From: an uncultured Clostridium sp.
Lineage (GTDB): Bacteria; Bacillota; Clostridia; TANB77; CAG-508
Length of the DNA: 33,387 bases
Direction: 5' to 3'
Assembly (NCBI GenBank): GCA_964415805.1
Contig: CAYQBQ010000002.1
Coordinates: 1 to 33,387, forward strand
A model generated the notes under the pieces. The model had not been told where the DNA came from and did no database searches. It worked only from the letters and a program-made list of their open reading frames with translations. Position numbers and translations under genes: made by a program. This document shows positions 1 through 7,655 of this stretch, in pieces. Numbering within the stretch: the stretch's first letter is position 1; each line of letters starts with the position of its first letter.

Positions 1-52
1 CCCATGATTCCACCTTGAGAGGGTGGCGTCTTAACCGCTTGACCAAGGGGCC
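1..52 (-). tRNA. tRNA-Glu (anticodon CUC), 3' part cut by the window edge
   Basis: Reverse complement reads GGCCCCTTGGTCAAGCGGTTAAGACG-CCACC-CTCTCAA-GGTGG-AATCATGGG. Acceptor and D-arm are typical of bacterial tRNA-Glu. The 5-bp anticodon stem is CCACC/GGTGG and the loop is CT-CTC-AA. The T-arm runs off the window. Confidence 0.85.
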
Positions 53-68
53 ATAAGTAACTTTAATA

Positions 69-97
69 TTTATACCATTTTTTCTTTATTTAGTCAA
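69..97 (-). promoter_or_regulatory. sigma-A type promoter for the tRNA-Glu gene
   Basis: Minus strand reads TTGACT, a 17-nt spacer, then TGgTATAAA (extended -10). It ends 16 nt upstream of the mature tRNA 5' end. Confidence 0.5.
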
Positions 98-105
98 GCA
101 GATTT

Positions 106-1005
106 TTATAAATCTTTGAAACTTTCATTCGAATTTTCTTGTTGTTTATCTTTATTTTTGTTATTGTATATCATATACATTTCTTCGTCTTTCTCTGTCA
201 TATTAGTTTTAAAATTATTTATATTGTAATCACTAACAAATTGTTCATGAGAATTTATTTGTTGTATATTCTCTTGTTTGCCTTCAGTTAACATTTTGAC
301 TTTCTTTCTTGAGAAAATATTTTTAGTTTTATTAAATATATTAGTTAATTTTTCTTTTCTTTCAACTTTTTTTACATATCTGTTTACATTTTTTTCTACT
401 GGCTTTAATAACTTATCTATTTCTTTATCATCTTTATATAGAAATCTATCATATAATTCTTCAAATGTATTTTCTTTACCAAAATAATTTAAGAAATCTT
501 GTATAAATTTAATATCATTATTTATATATATTTGCATAAATATATTGGAATCTTTGGTATATTTAATCATCATTGGTTCTAATTTTGCAAATAATTTGTG
601 TCCTTCGATATAATGTCTTGGCTCTTCTCCACTAATTTTAGATGTCAAATAATCTGTCATTCCTTCATTTATTTGTATTCCAAACCCCTTCTCTCTATTT
701 CCTGCTATTCCATTTATTGTTCTATGTCCATTACTATCAAATTTACTAGAAATTGTATGCATTACTTCATGTATTACTGTATGTGCTGTTGCATCTGGTC
801 CTATATAAGATTCTCCGTTTCTGTTAAATCCTTCTAATATACCATAATCATCGTAATTGTTACCATATGCACTAATAAATTCTTCTTTATTAGTATATAC
901 ATGTATTTTTTTAAATGCTTTTTCTATTTTTTCTGGATTAATGTACAGCATTAATTCAGAATTATATATTTTATTCTTTGCATCTTGTACTAAATTATAA
1001 TTCAT
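106..1005 (-). CDS. Hypothetical HExxH protein (putative gluzincin-like metallopeptidase) with a Lys/Asn/Glu-rich C-terminal tail
   Basis: 299-aa ORF. It has the motif VIHEVMHT followed 30 residues later by INEGMTDY, an HExxH...NExx arrangement. No signal peptide is visible. GGAG sits 9 nt upstream of the ATG, and the gene starts 6 nt after the mrnC stop. Confidence 0.6.
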   Translation of the reverse strand: MNYNLVQDAKNKIYNSELMLYINPEKIEKAFKKIHVYTNKEEFISAYGNNYDDYGILEGFNRNGESYIGPDATAHTVIHEVMHTISSKFDSNGHRTINGIAGNREKGFGIQINEGMTDYLTSKISGEEPRHYIEGHKLFAKLEPMMIKYTKDSNIFMQIYINNDIKFIQDFLNYFGKENTFEELYDRFLYKDDKEIDKLLKPVEKNVNRYVKKVERKEKLTNIFNKTKNIFSRKKVKMLTEGKQENIQQINSHEQFVSDYNINNFKTNMTEKDEEMYMIYNNKNKDKQQENSNESFKDL

Positions 1006-1011
1006 ACAATA

Positions 1012-1404
1012 TTACTCCTTTTCTAGTATTTCTTTTAGTCTATCATTTTGTTTGGTTAGATACAAGTACCCAATTAAAGCTTCAAAAGCGGTTGAATACA
1101 TATAATCTTGAACATTTGCATTTTTAGGTAAATGATGATTTTCAGCATTTCTTCCTCTTCTTACTATATCTTTCTCTTTTTCGGTTAATTCTTCATATAT
1201 ATTTTTTAATGTTTCTGCTTGTGCTTTAGCTTTAACATGCTTTATAGCTTCAATGTGTAAAGCATGTGGTTTTAATTTAGTTTCATTTACCAATTTTGTT
1301 CTTATATAGAGTTCATAAACACAATCTCCTACATATGCCCATGTTAATGGTGGCATCAAGTTTACTTCTTGTTCATCTTTTTTTATTTCTATAAATTCGT
1401 TCAT
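1012..1404 (-). CDS. mrnC: Mini-ribonuclease 3 (Mini-III)
   Basis: 130 aa. The N-terminus LTWAYVGDCVYELYIR and the C-terminal AFEALIGYLYL are typical of Mini-RNase III. An AGGGAAG Shine-Dalgarno sequence is present. Confidence 0.85.
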   Translation of the reverse strand: MNEFIEIKKDEQEVNLMPPLTWAYVGDCVYELYIRTKLVNETKLKPHALHIEAIKHVKAKAQAETLKNIYEELTEKEKDIVRRGRNAENHHLPKNANVQDYMYSTAFEALIGYLYLTKQNDRLKEILEKE

Positions 1405-1427
1405 TTTCTTCCCTTCATTTTATTCTT

Positions 1428-2387
1428 TTATTGTAATTTTGGACGTTCTATTGTTATTTTTCCTAATTTTCCATTTTTGAATTCATCTAATATTAATCTT
1501 GATGTTTTTTCTTCATCTACTCTTCCTCCAGCCATTATGCATCCTCTTTTTTTACCTATTTCAAGCATTATTTCGTAAATATTGTTGTTTTCTGGTTGGT
1601 CTTGTCCTAATATGTTTTCTATGTATTCTTCATCTAATTTGTATCTCTCATATAATTTTTTTCTGTAGTTTTCTAATAAAAGTTTTGTTAATTGATATGC
1701 TATTTCTATCTTGTCTAATATTTCTTCTTTTATTGAGCCTGTGAAACATAAATGTAATGCTACTTCTTCACTTTCAAATTTTGGCCATAACACACCTGGT
1801 GTATCTAATAATTCTATTTTTTCATTTATTCGTATCCATTGTTTTTGTTTTGTTACTCCTGGTTTATTTCCTACTCCTGCTGTTGTTCTTTTTGATATTC
1901 TGTTTATAAATGATGACTTTCCTACATTTGGTATTCCTAGTATCATTGCTCTTATTCTTCTTCCTGTTCTTCCTTTTTCAGCATGTGCATCTAAGTCTAC
2001 TTTCATTATTTTTTCTATTTCTCTAATACATTCATCTATTCCTCTTCCAGAATTTGAATCTACTAATACTGCTGGAATGTTTTTGTTTTTGAAGTATTCT
2101 ACCCATAGTTTGTTTTGTTTGTCGTCTGATAAGTCACATTTGTTTAGTACTATTATTTTCTTTTTGTTTTTTGTTATTTCTGCTATGTTAGGGTTTTGGC
2201 TTGATATTGGTATTCTTGCGTCTAATAGTTCTATTACTATGTCTATTAGTTTTAGGTCTTGTATTATTTGTTTTTTTGTTTTTGCCATATGCCCTGGGTA
2301 CCAGTTGATTCCTACTTTTGAAAACCTTTCTTGATTATCATTATTTTTCTTTTCTTGCCTCATTTTTCTTTTTTGATACATATCCAT
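1428..2387 (-). CDS. rbgA: Ribosome biogenesis GTPase A (YlqF/RbgA)
   Basis: Carries INWYPGHMAKTKK, the circularly permuted GTPase motifs (LNKCDL ... GIPNVGKSS ... DTPG), and a C-terminal helical domain. The track start is a GTG. I chose the ATG (MDMYQ...) 12 nt downstream, which lies behind GAAGGTG. The basic N-terminal extension leaves the start uncertain. Confidence 0.85.
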   Translation of the reverse strand: MDMYQKRKMRQEKKNNDNQERFSKVGINWYPGHMAKTKKQIIQDLKLIDIVIELLDARIPISSQNPNIAEITKNKKKIIVLNKCDLSDDKQNKLWVEYFKNKNIPAVLVDSNSGRGIDECIREIEKIMKVDLDAHAEKGRTGRRIRAMILGIPNVGKSSFINRISKRTTAGVGNKPGVTKQKQWIRINEKIELLDTPGVLWPKFESEEVALHLCFTGSIKEEILDKIEIAYQLTKLLLENYRKKLYERYKLDEEYIENILGQDQPENNNIYEIMLEIGKKRGCIMAGGRVDEEKTSRLILDEFKNGKLGKITIERPKLQ

Positions 2388-2497
2388 TTTAATTTTCACC
2401 TTCTTCTTTTACATCTATATCCGTAATTTTGATTTCTTAAACTAGGTTCTACTGCTTAAATACTACAATCTGTTACATTCCTTCTTTATATTTTTTT

Positions 2498-2977
2498 CTA
2501 CATTGTTCTATAATTGTTTTTGTCAGCTCTATCATCTAACTTTCTATCAAACTCTTCGTTTTTATAAAACCAATCTGTTTTTTTATCTGTAGGATTTTGC
2601 TTTCTATTTTTATCTAGTAATAAATCTATTAAAACAGCCAATGGTAAAATTATTCCTAATATAGAAAACATTAATTGTGTGTTTTGGGCTAAAGTTAATG
2701 TTTCATTGTTTGATATTATATTTAATTTATTTGTTATATCCCCTCCAAAATAGATTGCGTGCAATGTAAGGTATAACAAGCTTCCTACTAATTTTCTTTT
2801 TACTATTAACACTAAGCATAATAAGGTTGCAAATAATATTGCAATTTCAAATGTTTCATTCATTGGTACCATTCCCATAAAATCTTTTCCCATTTGTGAC
2901 ATCATTGTAACTATTATTCTTACTATCCAGAATACTATCATAAACATTACTAATAAATATGTTGAAAATTTTTTCAT
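2498..2977 (-). CDS. Hypothetical integral membrane protein (about 4 TM segments)
   Basis: The ORF has four hydrophobic segments. The GAAGGAGGAA Shine-Dalgarno sequence lies inside the track's first 5 codons, so the start was moved to the ATG of MKKFSTYLL. Confidence 0.55.
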   Translation of the reverse strand: MKKFSTYLLVMFMIVFWIVRIIVTMMSQMGKDFMGMVPMNETFEIAILFATLLCLVLIVKRKLVGSLLYLTLHAIYFGGDITNKLNIISNNETLTLAQNTQLMFSILGIILPLAVLIDLLLDKNRKQNPTDKKTDWFYKNEEFDRKLDDRADKNNYRTM

Positions 2978-3042
2978 ATCTTCCTCCTTCATTTTATCTA
3001 AAAAATATTACTTCATTATTTTATTTAAATTTAATTTCTGTT

Positions 3043-3069
3043 AAAAAGGGGCGTCTCTTTTGACACCCC
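3043..3069 (-). terminator. Rho-independent terminator after the DUF1292 gene
   Basis: The minus-strand RNA forms GGGGUGUC-aaaaga-GACGCCCC (one G-U pair) followed by UUUUU. Confidence 0.7.
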
Positions 3070-3092
3070 CCTAACTCCACTTTTATTTTTTA

Positions 3093-3401
3093 TTAGTCAA
3101 CAAAATCAAAATCGTCTTTAAATTTTTCTTTGAATATTTCAAATACTTTATTTAATGTATCTTCATCTTCTACACTTACATATGATTCTTCTTCTGATTC
3201 TTCATCATCACTATCTTCTACTTTTAATATTACTACTTCTCCTTCATCTTCTTCTCCCTCTTCTGTGACTGGTAATAATACTACATATTCTTCATCGTCT
3301 AGTTCTATTAAATCTAAAAATTCGAATTTAACTTCATTTCCATCTTCATCATTTAATATTACTATGTTATCTAATTCTTGTCCTTCATAATTTTCATCCA
3401 T
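3093..3401 (-). CDS. DUF1292-family small acidic protein
   Basis: 102 aa and extremely acidic, with the core pattern DEDGNEVKFEFLDLIELDDEEYVVLLP typical of DUF1292. It has the usual position after ruvX. Confidence 0.75.
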   Translation of the reverse strand: MDENYEGQELDNIVILNDEDGNEVKFEFLDLIELDDEEYVVLLPVTEEGEEDEGEVVILKVEDSDDEESEEESYVSVEDEDTLNKVFEIFKEKFKDDFDFVD

Positions 3402-3535
3402 AATTTAAATTTCTCCCTTCAACTTTATCATAAAATCAAATTAACTTTCTATTTTATGAATTATTTTATATTTAATTAAATTAAATATCATAATTATAAT
3501 ACCTTATTTTAAATAATTTTGCAACAATTTTACGA

Positions 3536-3952
3536 TTATTTATTTTTATTTATATATGTTTCTAAAATATATACTGCAGATATAGTATCTACAATATCAC
3601 GTTTTTTATTCTTATTAATATCCAAAAAATTCATAGTTTTATGTGCTGCAACAGTTGTTAATCTTTCATCTACGGTCTCTATTGTAACTTTATTATATTT
3701 ACATTTCAATTTGTGTATAAATTGTTCTGTAACTTCTGCTCTTACTGTTTTCTCGCCCTTGAGATTTAGTGGCATTCCAACCACTATTGTATCCACTTCA
3801 TATTTAGATAATATTTCATCTAATCTTTTTAATACAATTTTATCAGAGCCATTTCTTTGTATTGTCTCTAGTCCTTGAGCAGTAAAATTTAATGGGTCTG
3901 TAATCGCTATTCCAACACGTGCATCCCCATAATCAATTCCTAGTTTTCTCAT
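3536..3952 (-). CDS. ruvX: Putative pre-16S rRNA nuclease / Holliday-junction resolvase-like protein YqgF (RuvX)
   Basis: 138 aa. The N-terminus LGIDYGDARVGIAITD and the overall RNase H-like pattern match the family. It starts 2 nt after the ireB stop. Confidence 0.85.
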   Translation of the reverse strand: MRKLGIDYGDARVGIAITDPLNFTAQGLETIQRNGSDKIVLKRLDEILSKYEVDTIVVGMPLNLKGEKTVRAEVTEQFIHKLKCKYNKVTIETVDERLTTVAAHKTMNFLDINKNKKRDIVDTISAVYILETYINKNK

Positions 3953-3954
3953 AA

Positions 3955-4215
3955 TTAATCCTCTAAGTCTAACCCTATATAACTTTTTACCATTTTTTCT
4001 AATAGTTCATCTCTTTCTATTGTTCTTATTTTATTTCTTGCGTCATTGTAACTTGTTATATATGTAGGGTCTCCTGATAATATATATCCTACTATTTGGT
4101 TTATAGGATTGTATCCTTTTTCTGTTAAAGATTCATATACATCTTTTAATATTTCTTTTGCTTTTGTGTTCTCTTCTCTTTCAACTTGAAAGCTCATTGT
4201 TTTGTCAAAATCCAT
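3955..4215 (-). CDS. ireB: IreB-family regulatory phosphoprotein (UPF0297)
   Basis: 86 aa. The motif [22 protein letters not shown] is characteristic of UPF0297/IreB. Confidence 0.85.
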   Translation of the reverse strand: MDFDKTMSFQVEREENTKAKEILKDVYESLTEKGYNPINQIVGYILSGDPTYITSYNDARNKIRTIERDELLEKMVKSYIGLDLED

Positions 4216-4242
4216 TGCTCATACCTCCTTTGATTTTATAAA

Positions 4243-5322
4243 TTATATATTTGTAATGTCACTTTCGTTTATATCTGCATTGTCTAAATATTCTTCTTGT
4301 TTTTTTAATATTTCTTCTAATCCAGTTCCTTTATAATATGTTGATATTGTAAAGTTTAATCTTGGAAATGCGCTTATTTTTTCATTTTCTTCAGAAATTA
4401 TTTCTGTTTCTTCTATTTTGTCTTTTAAATCATTTATATATTCTGCAACACCATCTATCTCAACTCCAGAGAACGCAATAACAAATTTTGGTCCCATATA
4501 TCTTACAAAAACATACTGTTCAGATATATTTTCTTTAATATATTTACTTATTTTTTCTATTACTTCATTTCCTAATTCTCTTGAGCATTTATGATTTATT
4601 TCTTCCAGGTTTGTTATTCTAAACATACATATTGTTGATGTTGTATATTGATCTATGATTTTTCTTCCTTCTCCATATAGATATTCTTCTGAATATAATC
4701 CTGAATATAAATCTTTCCTTACTATAGTTTCAAGTGTTTTTTGATGTACTACTGTTTTTAAAACAGATACTATATTATCTTTTATTACCTCTAAAACGGT
4801 TGTATCTACATTGTCAAAATCATGAGGTGTTCCACTTTCTATAATCCAATATCCTATATATACATTATCTATATATAATGGGAAAAATATTGCTGATTTT
4901 GCTCTTCCAAATTCCATTTGTTGATATGGCAATCTTTCTTGTTCATTATTTACAGTAACATATTTAGGGGTTGCTTGTGCTATACTATCTTTGAACATAT
5001 CTACATCCTGAAGTGATTTTAATGCATCCCAATGTCTTTCATCTACATTTGATGCTTTTATTTCATATTCTGCTCCATTAAAAACAACTATAGTAGAATA
5101 TTTTATTTCATATTTTTCTATTAAGATTTCATTTACTTTCTTTATTTTATCATCTACTGTAGATGTTTCGCCTATTGCACTCATAAAATCTTGTACTACT
5201 GATAAATTATTTATCTTTTGATTGATATTTTTATACGTTTGTATCTTTTTATGTATGCTAAGGTTATATATTATTAGCCCTAAAACTGCTATTATTAATA
5301 TTATCACTATTACTACTAACAC
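4243..5322 (-). CDS. Membrane-anchored sensor-like protein with a degenerate (probably inactive) GGDEF domain
   Basis: 359 aa with a GTG start behind AGGGGGGG and one N-terminal TM segment. A middle domain of about 150 aa may be GAF-like. The C-terminal region aligns by eye to GGDEF: DLYSGLYSEEYL resembles DxLTGLxNRRxF, and ICMFRITNLEEIN replaces the D-x-D metal site. VRYMGPKFVIAF replaces RxGGDEF. Confidence 0.6.
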   Translation of the reverse strand: MLVVIVIILIIAVLGLIIYNLSIHKKIQTYKNINQKINNLSVVQDFMSAIGETSTVDDKIKKVNEILIEKYEIKYSTIVVFNGAEYEIKASNVDERHWDALKSLQDVDMFKDSIAQATPKYVTVNNEQERLPYQQMEFGRAKSAIFFPLYIDNVYIGYWIIESGTPHDFDNVDTTVLEVIKDNIVSVLKTVVHQKTLETIVRKDLYSGLYSEEYLYGEGRKIIDQYTTSTICMFRITNLEEINHKCSRELGNEVIEKISKYIKENISEQYVFVRYMGPKFVIAFSGVEIDGVAEYINDLKDKIEETEIISEENEKISAFPRLNFTISTYYKGTGLEEILKKQEEYLDNADINESDITNI

Positions 5323-5345
5323 TTTTTTCCCCCCTATTGTTATCT

Positions 5346-7652
5346 TTAATATTTATTTTTCATTTGATTAAGTGTTGAATTCATACTAGGTGTAAATCCA
5401 TTAGTTTCTACTCTTGGTGGTACATATGTTGATTTTGCAGATACCAATGGATATACCATGTTTGATAATTCATTTAGTATTTGTACCATGTTTTTTGGAT
5501 ATCCTTTAATTGAAACTTCACAATTTATTATATTTTCTAGATACCTTGTATACACCTCGTCATTAAATGGAACTGTTATATATCTTATTGTGTTTTTATC
5601 AAATAACTCTGTCATAAATGACATTGCTGGATCATTGTAATATGCCATTCCGCCTATAATAGTTTTATCATTAACTCCTCTAACTTTTACTGCCTTATTT
5701 AATATAACTCTTAATTTGCTTTGATTTAATATATCTTTTGATTTTAATTCTCTTAAAAAAGCTGTTAAAGGTTGAATTGTTAACACATCAAAAGATTGAA
5801 CTAAATATATTTCTTGAGTTTTTTCAAAATACTCTAATGGTGTGTAAAAATCACAATCAATTAAAACTAATGAATGTTTTTTCAATAATGTTTGTAATAT
5901 TGTTCCTGCGTTTTCTATTCCTTCTGTTTCTTCTGGTAATGATGTATATACAGTTAAATTTTTGTTTACTTGTATTCCATCTGCTACACCTTGTAATAAG
6001 TTATTTATGCTGTCCATTGCTGTTTTTCTTAAATTTTCTTCATTTTTTGTATATATATAATATGAATTTCTATTTTTTGTTGTATCTAGTATTGCTGTAT
6101 CTATACCCATTTTAGATGTTATTTCTGCTAAATTATTTACTATAAATGATGTTCCATTTTTACTTGTTCCTATAAAACATGCTACTTTTTTATCTGAAGT
6201 TAATAGTCTTGATATATCAACATCTTCATATGATTGATTTATATTCTGTAAGCTTGTCTCTTGTTGGTATCCATAATTGTTATAATTTGTATTTGTTTGT
6301 TGACTATTTTTTGTTTCAAACTCTGGCATCTTTGTTTCTTCTTGTTCATCTTCAAATCCTGGTAATATTGTTTCATTTTCTTCAAATCCTGGTAATATTG
6401 TTTCTTCTTGTTCATCTTCAAAACCTGGTAATAAAACATCTTTTTCTTCTTCCTCTTCAAATCTATGTGAAACATTGTTATTATCTTCTTCATCTAATCC
6501 TGGTAAAACCATAGATTCCTGTTCTTCAGGCACAGGATTTTTTCTAGGTCTACCCCTTCCTCTTTTTGGAGTTTCTACTGTGTTTTGTTCTGGTACGGGA
6601 TTCTTTCTAGGTCTACCCCTTCTTCTTTTTGGTTCTTCAATAACTGGTTCTATTACATCTTTATTGTTTTGTTGTTCCATAATTTTCTCTGGTTCCTCTT
6701 TTATTTCGTCATCAAACATAGGTCCAATTTTTCTTACTTCAGTTACAACCTTATCATTTTTTATTGTTCCAATTGGTTTTATTTCACTCTTTGTCTTTGC
6801 CATTTTTCTAGTACTATTCATATTCACTGAAGATGGTATAACTACTGGTTTTGAAAGTATTCTTTCTCTGTTACTTGTATTTAATAATTTGCCACTAGTT
6901 CCATCTGTTTGTTCCTTCTTTATACTTTTTGATCTTAGGTTGTCAGATATTTTACTATTGAAAGATATTATTTGTTGATATTTTGATGATTTTTCTTCCA
7001 ATACAGCTCTAACGTTTAATGGTAAAAATTTTGTTATTATTCTTAGTTGAGCATCATTATACTGTGATGCAATATTGTCAAAACTTTCTACATATTTTTT
7101 TTCATCTTTTCCAAGTCTTTTGTAATGTGCTAAAATATTTTGTATTTCCACTTCACTAACATCATTCTCATTTTCAGATTGATATGACACATCTTCAGAA
7201 TCAATTTTATAATATGATTTTGCTTCTTTTTTTACTCTTGGTTTATTTAATAATTTACATACATTATCTACACTTCTATCGTTCCCTAATAATGCATTAT
7301 AAATTCCTATTCCAAATAATTTTACTAACATTTCCTCGCTCTTTTCTCTTCTATCAGAGCAAATCAATATAATTGGAATATCTTCTCCTTTTAAATTAGA
7401 TGCTTCATCACTAATACTATCCAACTTATCAAATATAAATTTGTCTATTTGATCATATTGTGTATTAGTAAACGCTTGCAACTCTTCACTTATTACTACC
7501 CTATCATAATTTTTGTCCTTTTGTAATTCTTTTAATATTGCATTGAAGTAATAAACATTTTTATACGAAATTATTTCTTTATATTCTTTTTGATATCTTT
7601 TTACTATTGATTCTGATATCTCCTCATTACTTACAGCAAATAAAACTTTCAT
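5346..7652 (-). CDS. Multidomain hypothetical protein: receiver-like N-terminal domain, two AT-hooks, acidic LPGFE repeats, and a ParA/MinD/CpaE-like C-terminal domain with a degenerate P-loop
   Basis: 768-aa ORF behind a GGAAGGGGG Shine-Dalgarno sequence. The N-terminal 140 aa or so have a flavodoxin/CheY-like beta-alpha pattern (KVLFAV..., RVVISEE..., IPIILICS...). KRRRGRPRKNPVPE and KRGRGRPRKNPVPE lie in the middle. The C-terminus has KKVACFIGTSKNGTSF and LVLIDCD, reminiscent of Walker A and B in ParA-like ATPases. Confidence 0.6.
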   Translation of the reverse strand: MKVLFAVSNEEISESIVKRYQKEYKEIISYKNVYYFNAILKELQKDKNYDRVVISEELQAFTNTQYDQIDKFIFDKLDSISDEASNLKGEDIPIILICSDRREKSEEMLVKLFGIGIYNALLGNDRSVDNVCKLLNKPRVKKEAKSYYKIDSEDVSYQSENENDVSEVEIQNILAHYKRLGKDEKKYVESFDNIASQYNDAQLRIITKFLPLNVRAVLEEKSSKYQQIISFNSKISDNLRSKSIKKEQTDGTSGKLLNTSNRERILSKPVVIPSSVNMNSTRKMAKTKSEIKPIGTIKNDKVVTEVRKIGPMFDDEIKEEPEKIMEQQNNKDVIEPVIEEPKRRRGRPRKNPVPEQNTVETPKRGRGRPRKNPVPEEQESMVLPGLDEEDNNNVSHRFEEEEEKDVLLPGFEDEQEETILPGFEENETILPGFEDEQEETKMPEFETKNSQQTNTNYNNYGYQQETSLQNINQSYEDVDISRLLTSDKKVACFIGTSKNGTSFIVNNLAEITSKMGIDTAILDTTKNRNSYYIYTKNEENLRKTAMDSINNLLQGVADGIQVNKNLTVYTSLPEETEGIENAGTILQTLLKKHSLVLIDCDFYTPLEYFEKTQEIYLVQSFDVLTIQPLTAFLRELKSKDILNQSKLRVILNKAVKVRGVNDKTIIGGMAYYNDPAMSFMTELFDKNTIRYITVPFNDEVYTRYLENIINCEVSIKGYPKNMVQILNELSNMVYPLVSAKSTYVPPRVETNGFTPSMNSTLNQMKNKY
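6318..6443 (-). repeat. In-frame tandem repeats encoding four (I/L/M)(L/P)(P/E)GFE-acidic units
   Basis: The 24-nt string ttcaaatcctggtaatattgtttc is identical at 6351-6374 and 6381-6404. The 22-nt string tttcttcttgttcatcttcaaa is identical at 6335-6356 and 6401-6422. The peptide reads LLPGFEDEQEETILPGFEENETILPGFEDEQEETKMPEFE. Confidence 0.85.
6529..6632 (-). repeat. 63-nt-period duplication encoding two AT-hook motifs
   Basis: The 41-nt blocks 6529-6569 and 6592-6632 are near-identical. Both contain ...ttctaggtctaccccttc.tctttttgg, which encodes PKR(R/G)RGRPRKNPVPE. Confidence 0.85.
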
Positions 7653-7655
7653 TTG

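Noticed and set aside
6318-6443. The LPGFE repeats as sortase (LPxTG) sorting signals
   Set aside because: The motif lacks the Thr-Gly. It is internal and repeated, is not followed by a hydrophobic and basic tail, and the protein has no signal peptide.
6239-6493. An 84-aa minus-strand ORF in another frame of the repeat region, and a 66-aa ORF at 7627-7827
   Set aside because: Both are embedded in alternative frames of much longer, motif-bearing genes and have no Shine-Dalgarno sequence. The first is Lys-rich only because it reads the acidic-repeat DNA out of frame.
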